A DNA stretch of 61,882 nt, filler included, from Globobulimina sp. (taxonomy: Eukaryota), in assembly GCA_003354225.1 (NCBI GenBank). It is 11 parts of 11 records of this genome, joined end to end, with 100 filler letters (N's around TTAATTAATTAA, not from the genome) between each part and the next. Parts side by side here need not be neighbours in the genome. Positions count along the whole stretch, not along the records: positions 45,111 to 50,636 come from PIVH01000526.1; positions 50,737 to 56,260 come from PIVH01000527.1; positions 56,361 to 61,882 come from PIVH01000528.1; 8 more parts are not named here. One strand, given 5' to 3'. Positions within the stretch are counted from its first letter, which is position 1. Every line of letters starts with the position of its first letter. Below, piece after piece: positions 45,111-56,900 of this stretch. Made by a program: the position numbers and the translations under genes. Under the pieces are notes generated by a model, which ran no database searches, was not told where the DNA came from, and saw only the letters and a list, made by a program, of their open reading frames with translations.

Positions 45111-47894
45111 ACGCGACATGGACAACAACATCCAACGTCGCCTCGATGTGTACCATGCACAGCATCGTCGGTTCAAACTCGATCGCTGTCTCAAAGTGAA
45201 TGGCAACAAGCCAATAAGCGAGGTGTTCGCCGATGTATTACGTATTTTAAAACAAGATTTTGTGAGCGATGCGAACGATGCGAATGATTCAACCGCGGCA
45301 ACGGCGGAGGTGAAACTTGGTGAATGTACCATTTGTTTGGATAAACCGGCTGATTTTATTATTATTCCATGCGGCCATCAATGTGGTTGCGAGTCGTGTT
45401 TGAAGAAAATGAAACAGTCTGGCTCGAAATGTCCGATCTGTAGAGGTCACATCACTCTCATTCAGAAAGTATATGCGACGCATACTGTGACTGTCAAGAA
45501 TGCGCCAAAGAAAGCTGCCAGAGGAGCACCGGAGATGCAGCAAATTGTGAATACGGAGGAAAAGATATTTGAAGCGAAGAACGATGACGAAGCATGGCCG
45601 GAAGATGCAGCAGACGATGATGAGAAATATGAAGCGAAAAATGAGGATAATGCGTGTGGAGTATCTGTACGCATTGCACCTGCTACGCCTGCAAATAATA
45701 ATAATGTGCAGGTATGTACACGTAGAAAATACCAACTTTTAGGTGAAAACGTTTGAGTGTGGCTTTACTTGAACATGAACAAAAAACTTCCTAAAATAAT
45801 ACAATGCACAGAATATCGTGTTGGAACTCTATGGCTCTGCGAAAGGACGCTGTCCGGTGGATATTTGCGCCGTGTTGGATGTGAGTGGTTCCATGTGTTC
45901 ATCCGCCGCAGTACAAGAAGATGATGGCAGTGTTAAGAAAGATGATGGTTTATCTGTGCTCGATTTAGTCAAACATTCGGTGAAGACCGTGATCCATTGT
46001 CTGGAGAAGAATGACCGTCTTTCCATTGTGCCGTTTAGCTCCAATGCGAGTATAAAATATCCATTGACGTATATGACACCGCGAGGTATTAAAAATGCGG
46101 TGACCGCATTGGAACAATTAAAACCGAGCGGCACTACTAACTTATGGGAGGGCCTTCGTGTCGGAATGGAGAGTTTGCGCACAAAACAAGTGCAAGACAG
46201 TGCTCGCTTATCTGTGGTGATGTTGTTAACCGATGGACGACCGACTATTATTCCGCCCAAAGGGCATGTTCATGAGTTGCAGAATTATGCGGATATGCAC
46301 AACTTTGCTGTACAGGTCAACACATTTGGATTTGGCTATGATTTGGACAGTGACTTATTACATTCGCTTGCTGTACAAGGTGGTGGTACGTTTGCCTTCA
46401 TTCCAGACGCAAATATTGTGGGCACTACGTTTGTGAACTCCATCTCCAATGTACTCACTACGATATCTGCAGAGAACAAAGTATCTTTGACTGCTATGAA
46501 TGGAGCCAAGTTTGTGGGGAAAAGTTGGGGCGCTCATACCGAACAAGACGAGTCATGGGGCCGTCTCATTCAAGTGGGACCTATTATGAGTGACGCAAAG
46601 CGTTATATTTCTGTACCAATGTCAATTCCTCCGCAGGTACTGTAAGGCGACATGCTGAAAATGTTTTTTTTTGAGTGTGGCTTTACTTTACTGATTTCGT
46701 ACATTTCCCCATGACAAACTTACACAGTTAAATGCCAATGTGCCGTATGTGGAATGTCTGCTCACCACTGGCGTATTGGGAGCGAGAGGCAAATCCAACA
46801 AAATGAGCGTGTTTGGCGTGGACAAGAAAGTCGCGCATGACTTATTAGCAGGACATCTCACCTCCAAAACTGTCTCAATCGGGTTAGAAGCCACGCAACT
46901 CGCTGTGGACCGAAAAGGAAACGCCGCCTTAAAATTATTAACAACCTCAAAAGAAGAAGTTAAAGCCGCCGCAGTGTTAGCTAGCAAATCCGAAACAGAC
47001 GATTTCGACCAAATGAGTGCCAATTCGCGGCTCGATGCACTTGCCGCGGATGTGACGGGCCGTCTTAACAAAGCATTTCAGGGCGAAACCCGCTTCAATC
47101 GATGGGGCAAACATTATTTGCGAGCGTTGTTACGCGCGCATCAGCTCAATATGTGCACCAATTTCATGGATCCAGGATTGCAGGTAAATGGTGGTACGTT
47201 GTTCAGGGAGTTACGCGCCAAAGGCGATGAGGTGTTTATTAATCTGCCGGCTCCGAAACCGAGCCGCCGTACAGGCCGCACACCTCCGCCACCACAACAA
47301 AACAATAACAATGCACAGCGGTATCGACCGGCGCCTGCGGCTCCAGCGCCAGCCGTGAATATGGCCACTTATTATGGTGGATGTGGTGGTGGCTGCTTTG
47401 CGCCGTTTTGTATGGTGAATGTGCAGAAAACGCAGCAACAGCAGCCATGTACAAAACGAGTATGTGAGGTGCGGCCGGGAGATATGGTGCAAGTGTTGGG
47501 TGGGTTTGCGAGGGTTATATTTGTGGTGGAGTTGGGCAGAGATGCTGGACGAAGGATGATATGGTTGCCCGGTGGTGTTGTGCTTACCGGCGGGCATCCT
47601 GTGAGACGTAATGGAGTGTGGGGGTTGCCGAGAGAGCAAAGCGATGCGCAGTGTGTGGCGGGCTGTAAGAGTGTGTTTACCTTTGTGTTGGAGGAGAATC
47701 ATGTTATGATTGTGAATGGAATGGAGTGTGTGAGCTGGGCGCATGGTATCGGTGCTGTGAGTCATCCGTTTTTTGGAACGGAGAAAGTGGTTCAAGCGTT
47801 ACAGCAGAAAGCAGTGGGTTTGGGTGTGGGGAGTAAGGGATATGTGCAAAGAGAGGGAGACCCGCTTCGTAATGTAATTGCTATCTATCAATAA
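45111..47894 (+). CDS. Adenylate-kinase-like C-terminal segment + RING + vWA + Vwaint + Hint (Vint-type protein), 5' truncated; introns 45712-45811 and 46637-46727
   Basis: IQRRLDVYH...VNGNKPISEVF; CTIC..PCGH.C.C..C...CPICR; MIDAS DVSGS, LLTDG, TFGFG; RWGKHYL...HQL..CTNF.DPG.Q; GGG|CF, LTGGHPVR, IVNG.EC.SWAHG. Confidence 0.92.
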
Positions 47895-48393
47895 ATAATA
47901 AGAAACACGTACTGTATGCGTCAGAAATTTTTATTTATTGTGTTAAGATATATAGAATGGATGCATACAGAATGAATACTATTTTCTTTTTTTTTTGTGT
48001 ATTATTGCGTGATAAGTCGTTAAATGAACCATTGCATTGTTAAAACAAGCTATGATAACAATTAGTTTGATTATTTAGCAATAAAATAATACAATGGATG
48101 TTATTACGCAATAAAATAAAATTAAACGTATATCTCATGTTAATAAAATTAGTTTTTGTTTGTTTGTCATTTTTGTTTTTTTGTTTGTCATTTTTGTGTG
48201 ATTTGATCGTGATTTTATTCTTTATTCAGTCAATATCTGAAAACAGTGATAACCACCGCCCCCTACGAGTACACCTGTACATTAATGATTATTAATCAAC
48301 GACTAGCTAATTTTTACTAACGCAGTATTTCCTGTGATCATCACAACGTTTCAAATTTTAAAATATTTAATACAGTCAACGTCGCAGATTCAA

Positions 48394-50601
48394 ATGTTTC
48401 TGTATAGCAATTCAGAGGATTCTGATCTCGATGTAATTTTACAACAACCTCAGAAAGAGTGCCAACAAACAAAAGATACCTCTTTGAAATACAAAGAAGA
48501 AGTGGCAACAAAAGGATTATTGGATCAAAAAAATGCAATTATCCAACAACTGACCAAGCAAATTGCTGATGAAAGAGCAGAATATATATTAGAAAAAAGT
48601 ATATTGACCAAACAGATTATTATTAATGTATCAAACGTCGCAACATTCAATTATAAAATGGAAAAATTAACAAAAGAAAAACAAGAATTAGAAGATCTGA
48701 GACAGTACGAAACAAAGACACTACAACGAAAAAATGAGCTATTGACCAAAGAGAATGTATCAAACATCGCAACATACAAAGAATGCATCAAACGTCAAAC
48801 TGAGACATTTATGACATTATCAAATAAATATAATGAGATCAATAAAGAGAAAAATAAATTAATTAATACTGTAAAGCTATATAAATTAACAGAATCTGAC
48901 CATGATATTAAAATTAATATATTAAAACAGCAAATTGCACAAAGTAAGAAACAACATCAGCGAGAAATTAATGTGTTAACATGGCAAAACTCAGAATATT
49001 TGCAAATTATATCTACACACAAAAAATCGGTGAAGTTGGAAAAATGTATAAACAAAAAGTTGCACCAAGAAAAAGTTGAGCTGATCAAAACAGTGAATAC
49101 TACACAATTTGAAAGAGATGAAATGGAAAAGAAAGCCTTAATTTTAAGAGAAAGTTCAGAATTTATATTTTTGTGGAAATGGAAGGATAATAAAAATCAA
49201 TGGACTGCATACGATCATAAAATCAATAAAAAGATAAATAAGTTATCATTGAAGGCATCGTTAATATATAAATCAGAGAAGAATGATTATAATTATTCGA
49301 TTACGAAAACCAGCAAAAAATGTGGATTTCAGTTGAATTTAAAAACGAAAAAAAAGAGAGAAATTAAACGAGATAAACAAGCCATTGATGCTTTGATTGA
49401 AGAAAAAGAACATTTACTTGAAAAAACAGAAGATATCGGTTTTATTGTTCAATGGCAATGGAATGATGGCACAACAAAAGCGAAATGGATATCATATCCG
49501 AAGGAAATACATACAAAGTTGGAGGAATTAGCGATTGATACATCTTTTAACTACAACAAATATAAAATATACAAAGTTACAAAAGATACAGCACTTCAAA
49601 TCAATGTACAAACTAAAATGCAAAGAGCATGTCGGAGATATAGAAAAAAGATAGAAACATTATTGAAAGAAGCAGAACAAAAAGATAATGAATATGGAGA
49701 TTTACAGCAAAAAATTGCCTATAAAGTGGTGTGGGAATGGTACTATGCTTTAACTCAAATGTGGATACAATGCAAAAAGAATGAAAATGATCAGTTAGAA
49801 CAATTATCAGTGAATGAAGAAGTGGATTTTCGTGGTAATGACAGTTATTTGTATAAACTTAAACGTTTAACAAAAGATACAGCCAAACAGTGGATTGTTT
49901 ATGATAATAATAAGAGGCATTCGATAGAATGGAGTTTCCGACGAATTGAAAAAGCCTCTGGTTTCAACCAAATTGAATATCCGGAATGGTGGCATTATGT
50001 TCATGCTCGAGCATTGAAAACAACATTTATTGGATACACTGCGCCGAATTTACTCTCTTTAGGTTCTTATATGGGTTTAGAAGGGCTTCCGATTCGAAAT
50101 CTATTCAATAAAACAGCTGGATCAGACTTTGAAATATTGGATATTGATGGTGTTAAAAATGAAATGTTATGGGATAAATATCAAAATGAAAAGAAATCGT
50201 TAATCAAAGCAATTGGTGTTGAACATATTAATGAGCGGTATTTATTTCATGGATCGCAAACATTATCAACGTTGGACAACATTTTAACGCAAGGATTTCG
50301 CCCAGAATTTAATAAAAGGGGAGCATATGGAAAAGGTGTATATTTTGCAAAAAATGCAATTTATAGCACTAAATATGCTGCCAAATATTTCAATTCATAC
50401 GAGATGTTATGTTGTAAGGTAATGACTGGAGAATCTACAACGGGACAAAAGAAATATGATTTGACAAATTGGCCAAAGAAAAGTAATGGACAGATTTTTG
50501 ATTCGTTGGTTGATTCGTTGTTGGACCCATCGATTTTTGCTATTCATGAAAGTTGTCGAGCCTATCCACTATATGTCATTCGTTATAAAAATTCAATCTA
50601 A
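48394..50601 (+). CDS. Coiled-coil + three WWE domains + PARP catalytic domain (PARP11/12/14-like mono-ADP-ribosyltransferase)
   Basis: WKWKD...W..Y, WQWND...W.SY, WEWY...W...; NERYLFHGS, YGKGVYFA..A.YS, DSLVD....PSIF, AYP.Y.I.Y. Confidence 0.93.
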   Translation: MFLYSNSEDSDLDVILQQPQKECQQTKDTSLKYKEEVATKGLLDQKNAIIQQLTKQIADERAEYILEKSILTKQIIINVSNVATFNYKMEKLTKEKQELEDLRQYETKTLQRKNELLTKENVSNIATYKECIKRQTETFMTLSNKYNEINKEKNKLINTVKLYKLTESDHDIKINILKQQIAQSKKQHQREINVLTWQNSEYLQIISTHKKSVKLEKCINKKLHQEKVELIKTVNTTQFERDEMEKKALILRESSEFIFLWKWKDNKNQWTAYDHKINKKINKLSLKASLIYKSEKNDYNYSITKTSKKCGFQLNLKTKKKREIKRDKQAIDALIEEKEHLLEKTEDIGFIVQWQWNDGTTKAKWISYPKEIHTKLEELAIDTSFNYNKYKIYKVTKDTALQINVQTKMQRACRRYRKKIETLLKEAEQKDNEYGDLQQKIAYKVVWEWYYALTQMWIQCKKNENDQLEQLSVNEEVDFRGNDSYLYKLKRLTKDTAKQWIVYDNNKRHSIEWSFRRIEKASGFNQIEYPEWWHYVHARALKTTFIGYTAPNLLSLGSYMGLEGLPIRNLFNKTAGSDFEILDIDGVKNEMLWDKYQNEKKSLIKAIGVEHINERYLFHGSQTLSTLDNILTQGFRPEFNKRGAYGKGVYFAKNAIYSTKYAAKYFNSYEMLCCKVMTGESTTGQKKYDLTNWPKKSNGQIFDSLVDSLLDPSIFAIHESCRAYPLYVIRYKNSI

Positions 50602-50736
50602 TATAGCAGTGCTAAAACACTTTTGTTAAATTTAAANNNNNNNNNNNNNNNNNNNNNNNNNNNNNNNNNNNNNNNNNNNNTTAATTAATTAANNNNNNNN
50701 NNNNNNNNNNNNNNNNNNNNNNNNNNNNNNNNNNNN

Positions 50737-50842
50737 CATTACCTCTGACGTTTCCCAATTTTGTGGATATTTCTACGTAAGTACTTGAAATGATACGTAT
50801 GGACGGCAACAATATAAAAATTAAATAATGGAAATGTGCCAT
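50737..50842 (-). CDS. N-terminus of a secreted type-B carboxylesterase-like protein (fragment)
   Basis: Signal-like peptide then VEISTKLGNVRG, typical of the carboxylesterase N-terminal V.T..G.V.G motif. Confidence 0.5.
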
Positions 50843-50969
50843 TATTACTTTGAATTTCATGAAGGAGTTTTTGAACTCATGTCGGAGTGCAAAATACAAA
50901 ACAAATTAATTCAGGACACCAACAGAAAACATCACCCACACAAAGCACTACTGATTGCATCTAAAATCT

Positions 50970-52130
50970 TTAATTAGTAATTCCCTTTTTTGCTCTCTTT
51001 GCAATTGCTTTTTTTGCTAATCTCCTCTTTTCTTTTTTTGCTAACCTCTTTCGTGCATTGTTGGATAATTCTTTATTATTTTCTTCTTCTTCTTTCGTAT
51101 CCGATGCTTTATTAATACTCACAATATCCATACAACTTACTTTCTCCTTACATTCCCATCTAGCATTTTTGTTATCTCTCATCCTTCTAAATTGATTGAT
51201 AAATTCCTTTCTCGCCAACAACTTGCCGCCTAAATTGCATTTATACTCAATAAACATTCCTAAATCCCATAACAAAAAGTTTGATTTCTGCAACAAATGA
51301 GCTAATACGAATAACTGTATACTTCCTGTTCCAGATTGAATGTAAAATCCTGTCAATGAAGTATAGATTGCTCCAACTGATGTCCCTAACTCCCCTGCCA
51401 CCAACTCCCCAGTGTCCATATTCCAAATCTCTATGGAATGAGCGGTCACTCCTTTCAATTGTGGATCATTTCTGTTATGAAATATTTTATACAAAACAGC
51501 CTGCATTGGTGGATATAGCCAATTTAATCCATGCTGATTTATACAATGTTGAAATACTTCTTCAAAACATTGATCAACAGAAACGCTGTAATGTTTTGAT
51601 TTCTTTCTGCTTGATTTTGAGACTGTTAATGGCAGATTTAAATCAATTATACATCGCTGTTCATGTAACTTTGGAAGCATAACGTAGAGATTTTGTTGAA
51701 TCTCCGATGCAATGGTTAGAAAACCATTATATATTAATTGACTAAAAAATACCGGATCCCAATCCAATGACCAACAAAAGTCTGTTTTTCTTTTCTGTAA
51801 AGCTGCAATTATTTTGTTAACCAATGACTCAAAATCATCACATGGATAAACATGCGGACGTTTCCTAAAATATTCATATTTTTGTAATTGTTGTTCTAAG
51901 TGTTGTTTGACGTTAATAGGCCAAGTTGGTAAAGCTGGTGAAAATAGATGCTTTGTTTCGAATTCTTGTTCATTTTGTTTTTTGTTCTTCGTTTTGTTTT
52001 TGTTGTGGTGCTGCTTAGTCTCGGAAGCCATTTGTTTATGTTTTATTTTTCTTGCAGCTCGTTTTCGTTGTTGTGATTTGCCAGAGATTGAGTGATTTTT
52101 TTTCTGTTTAGAGGCAGCAAAGAAAGCCAT
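50970..52130 (-). CDS. Leucyl/phenylalanyl-tRNA-protein transferase homologue (eukaryotic ATEL1-like); start at 52130 or 52031
   Basis: FCWS.DWDP.F...L.Y.GF, LPKLH..RC, H..NWL, HSIEIW...LVAGELG..VG.IYTSLTGF, WDLGM..YK..LG. Confidence 0.9.
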   Translation of the reverse strand: MAFFAASKQKKNHSISGKSQQRKRAARKIKHKQMASETKQHHNKNKTKNKKQNEQEFETKHLFSPALPTWPINVKQHLEQQLQKYEYFRKRPHVYPCDDFESLVNKIIAALQKRKTDFCWSLDWDPVFFSQLIYNGFLTIASEIQQNLYVMLPKLHEQRCIIDLNLPLTVSKSSRKKSKHYSVSVDQCFEEVFQHCINQHGLNWLYPPMQAVLYKIFHNRNDPQLKGVTAHSIEIWNMDTGELVAGELGTSVGAIYTSLTGFYIQSGTGSIQLFVLAHLLQKSNFLLWDLGMFIEYKCNLGGKLLARKEFINQFRRMRDNKNARWECKEKVSCMDIVSINKASDTKEEEENNKELSNNARKRLAKKEKRRLAKKAIAKRAKKGITN

Positions 52131-52273
52131 ATACGGTATTGTGGTATTGGATAAAGCTGTGTTTTTCACTTTCATTTTCAAACTTTTATCACAGTCGTCT
52201 CTTACCATCCTTTCTTACAAACAATTCTTTGCATCTGCATTGATAATAATCCTCATTGCATACCATATTAATC

Positions 52274-55200
52274 ATGCAATTGTTAAATCTAATTTTTATA
52301 CCATTCGCAGTGCTGATACGCACACATGCGATGTCAAATGAATGTCTCCATCCTAAAGGTATATAACCCACAAACTGTGTCCAAACCCTACAAACACCAT
52401 CATTTGCCAACATTACATAGGATCGCAATGTAATTATGCCGAACGATTCGTATTAGTGACACAAGATTCTCCCATTAATTGGCACGATGCAGAATTAATT
52501 TGCCAAACAACATTTGGTACAAATTTAGCATCGATTCATTCAAAAAGTGATCATTCTGAATCGGAGAAAATTTGTCAATCGAAACATTCCCGAGAGACAT
52601 GTTGGATTGGTTTACATGACAATAAAAATGAAGCTACTTTTATATGGTCCGACGACACCACGCATGATATTAATTTCTGGGGCGATTGGGAGCCAACATC
52701 TAATTTTGACGGCGATTTAGGCGAAAAGGAAGATTGTGTACATTTAGCACCGTTTAAAAATAACAGATGGAATGATTTAGATTGTTCCGGTGATTCTAAT
52801 AATATACAAATAAAATCGTTTTTATGTAGAAATCCATCATATGATAATAGTAAAGGCTGTGCGTGCAATTGTGATATTTGTCAAATTTATGGAGATCCAC
52901 ATTTTGATACATTTGATGGATTAAAGCATCATTATCAAGGAAAATGTGCGTATTCATATGTTAAGTATTATGTTTTTTATATTTATTCATGTTTTTTTGC
53001 ATATCAATCATATCACAAATGGAATATTTTTATAGGTAACTCCGTGTGATGGCGATCGATCGAAAATACCATTTGAAATTGTCGGAATACACAAACCATG
53101 CTTGAATGGACAATCGTGTATCACTGATATTAATGTGAAGTTATTTGATAAGAATGCGAATGTATTGGAAGACATCATATTATCTCAAGATAAAATAGGT
53201 ACGTATGACTGGTTTTGTTTGTACTTGAGATTAGTTTGCAAAGTATACGTACACATTATGTTTCATATAGCAATATATAACGACGATAAACAAACTGTTG
53301 TAATGGACAAAGCCGTAAAATATATAAATGGTAACGACGATGCATTTTTTTATATTGAAGTGATTGATGAATATCTTCAAATGAGTATATATACCGGAAA
53401 GACAATGATTAATGAGGCATTGGCTGACGTTATCATTCGTGTTACGGATGGACATGGCGCGTTTGGTTCGGCAACAATTCATATCACCGAATGTTGGTTA
53501 GGTAAAGTGTGTGGTCTTTGTGGCAAATATGATCATAATCCATCCAATGATTTGCAGTTACCATTAAATATAAGTGCGGGGGAAGAATATTTATCCATTG
53601 ATAAGATACAACGAGCAGTTGATATGGATTACGAGTCCTGGGAAAGAACAAATAAATTTGGCGATTCCTGGTTGGATGACAGTGCACCATCTATATCCGA
53701 TGAAGTTTAGTTTGTTTAGTTTGCCATAGATTTGTACGTAAAGTAAACTAAAATTGATATGTAGTGTTCACCGGAGATCGTTGTTAAAGCAGATTGTATA
53801 TCTTCAGAAACCACCAAGACATTATGTACCACTGCATATGAACAAGACTGTGATGCACTTTGTAATGGTGATCCTGACGTATTTACGGAAGTGTGGGATT
53901 CCTGTTTATTTGATGCATGTGCTGCGTGTAACATTGATTCGATGACCAAAGAATGTATTATGCCGCTTATAATTGTTTAGTACATGTTTTTTTATGCTTT
54001 GATTGATTCACAAATATATCTTTTTTGTTTTGGTTGCCTTTTTTTTATAAATAGTATTGCGATGCAAAATGTAATGAACCAATATTGCCAACGTATCAAC
54101 CTACCGTGGAACCAACGACAAGCGCACCAACCATGGAAACGCCAAATCCAACCACCTTCAGACCAACGCTAGAACCAACTTAAAAACCCTCCAGATGGCC
54201 GACACTAAAACCAACACCAACACCCACAAAAAAACCTACTTCAGCTCCAACATTTGCTCCCACTGATTTTCCAACATGGAGTCCAACACGAAAACCAACC
54301 AAACGTCCTACACCAAAACCAAGTTTTGTGTTTTTACACACAATTTGTAATCCAAATTAAAATTATTTTTCTCTTATTTAGGCACAGCACCGACTACAAA
54401 ACCAACTGATTCTCCAACATATGGATCATGTACCTGGGACTTTGAAGTTGATATAATATTTATAGTAGATACAGGCTGTGGTAGTGATGACAAACAACAA
54501 GAATATCAACAAGAATTTCTAACACATTTAATCCAATCCATTAAACGAACGCCAAATCCAAAAATTAGTGTGGTTGAATGTAATTCATTTGAAATATTAA
54601 CCCCGTTATTATTATCTGATGACCACTATAACAATATGCATTCACCACTGTCAAATACGGAATTATCAGATTTATTTGACAAATTTTACAATCGTCGAGA
54701 ATATGTTCCTGGCGATAAAACACCGAAAAAACAATGTTTCCAAAAAGCAATACAAGCGTTTGACGACAATAATTTTGGACATATTCGAGAGAAGAAAATC
54801 GTATTAATATCAAGTTGTGTGGAAGATGATAGCGATGGAAGTGTTTGCGAATTAGAGGCTGATAACAGTATGGATGATATTGATGTAATTATTGTTAATA
54901 TCAATTCCGCACAAGATGTAAGTATGGACGATCCCGCACAAAATGCATTTGAATGTTTAATCAGCACAGATTTGTCTCGGATATATACATTTGATACATT
55001 TGCACAATTAGAAGGCAGAGAGGATGAATTATTTGCAATCAGAGCAGAGATTTGTGAGCAACCAACTGATGGTCCTACACCATCACCAACACCGGAACCA
55101 ACTAATGAGCCATCAACAAAACCAACACGATCGCCATTACATAGACCCTGTGCATGGTCATTTGCATCGGACATTGTAATTATTGTGGACGCGTCCTGCG

Positions 55201-56260
55201 GTATTACTGACGACGAAGAAGAGTTACAACAAGAATATGTATCAAATATAGTGCAATTAATTAAGAAAAATGCAAATCCGCGAGTTGCTATTATCGAATG
55301 TGGCAATCAATATGTCCATAACCAAGATATGGTGGTGTTACCATTAGATGACGAGTTGTTGAATAATTTAACAGAGGACCCATTTTATAGTGAAATGAAA
55401 GATGTATATGTTTCCATAGCAAATAGACATGAATATAGTAAGGATTTTGCCACCACGCCAAAGGTACGGTGCTTAAATCAAGCAATTGATGAGTTTGGAG
55501 ATAGCCAACGGCATAAAAAAATTGTATTATTATCAAATTGCATTCATCATAGTGATAGCAACGACGATATAGATGATGAAGTGTGTGCATTTAAAGATGA
55601 ATTATCAGGAAAAGATAATATTGAAGTTATTATTATTAATATTGGTACACAGTTACAATATGGAATCAAATCAGATACATATCAGTGTTTAAATGACGAT
55701 TTTAATAAATTATTTGTTTATGAAGATTTTGATTTGTTGAATAAAAATGAAAATGCATTATTTTCAGTCCGTGATGAAATTTGCCAGTTACCGACGCCAG
55801 CGCCCACTCAAAAACCTACCATTAAACCAACACGGGCACCAACAGAAGGTCCAACATCATCGCCAACACAACCTCCGACAGATAAACCAAGTTTGGATCC
55901 TATATATTTTCTGATTGATTGAAATAAAATAAAATCAATATAAATATATATAGCTCGATTACCAACAAACGAACCAACAAGAAAACCAACCAGCAAACCA
56001 AGTAAATGGCCAACAGCACGACCAACAAATAAACCAAGTGAGCAACCAACGGATTCTCCAACTGAATCACCCACAGATTCGCCAATATTGTCACCAACCG
56101 GCAGTCCAACAAAACAACCAACCAAGAGACCGACGGGAAAGCCAACTGAAGCGCCCACAGAAGCGCCCACCGCCGCACCCAATCAAAGACCAACGCATTC
56201 ACCAACCAATAGACCCACAAAAATACCAACCTCTAAACCAACCCATGGCCCAAGTGAATT
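52274..56260 (+). CDS. Secreted adhesin/mucin-like protein: signal peptide, C-type lectin, VWD, two vWA-like domains and Pro/Thr-rich repeats; multi-exon, 3' truncated
   Basis: MQLLNLIFIPFAVLIRTHA; W..A...C....LASIHS, CWIGL, EP, WND..C; CQIYGDPHFDTFDG, CGLCG.YD....ND; DIIFIVDTGCG and DIVIIVDASCG; PT.(K/E/R)PT repeats. Confidence 0.88.
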
Positions 56261-56360
56261 NNNNNNNNNNNNNNNNNNNNNNNNNNNNNNNNNNNNNNNN
56301 NNNNTTAATTAATTAANNNNNNNNNNNNNNNNNNNNNNNNNNNNNNNNNNNNNNNNNNNN

Positions 56361-56856
56361 AAAAACATCGATAATTGTTGATATTCAAGATACTCATTTG
56401 AGACAACAATTAAATATTGAAAAGATGGATGGTTTTAAAAGTGATGAATTATGGATGCAACGCGTTTTTAGTGATTATGACCATTTACGATTCATAAAAA
56501 CACAAAAACGGATTGACGAAAATACAAACAGTAATCGAGCAAATTCAAAAAATGGGAGAAATGATGATAAAATACCGAATTATCGTCAACCTTTAAAACG
56601 ATCTGGTTTAGGCCCACAAGAAAGGATGCAACGATCCAAAAGATTACATAATTGGATGAATAGCACACGGCCAAGAATTAAAGATCAATACAAATCGGAT
56701 TTTAATGGAGTCTGTGCGGCCCACCATATGAATGATGAACAATGTTCAGTTAAAAATGGCGTGAAATGCAAAGCTGGAAATAAATTAAGAAGTCATCTTT
56801 GTCTTTGCGGTGAATCATCGCATACTATTCCACAATGTAACAAAATATTTAAATAA
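56361..56856 (+). CDS. Gag-like ORF, C-terminal part with Cys/His zinc-binding motifs (5' truncated)
   Basis: VCAAHH....C......C.......HLCLCGESSHTIPQC directly upstream of RT. Confidence 0.7.
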
Positions 56857-56900
56857 TATTTATACAGTGATATATATGAAGACTTAAATTTGTAATTTAT

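Noticed and set aside
47390-47894. True intein or Hedgehog gene
   Set aside because: The Hint domain is C-terminal, with no HN-C/S/T splice junction or C-extein and no Hedge domain; it fits the Vint class
5550-56360. Regularly spaced TTAATTAATTAA palindromes, and any gene-neighbourhood links across them
   Set aside because: Synthetic linkers between size-sorted contigs; adjacency is artificial
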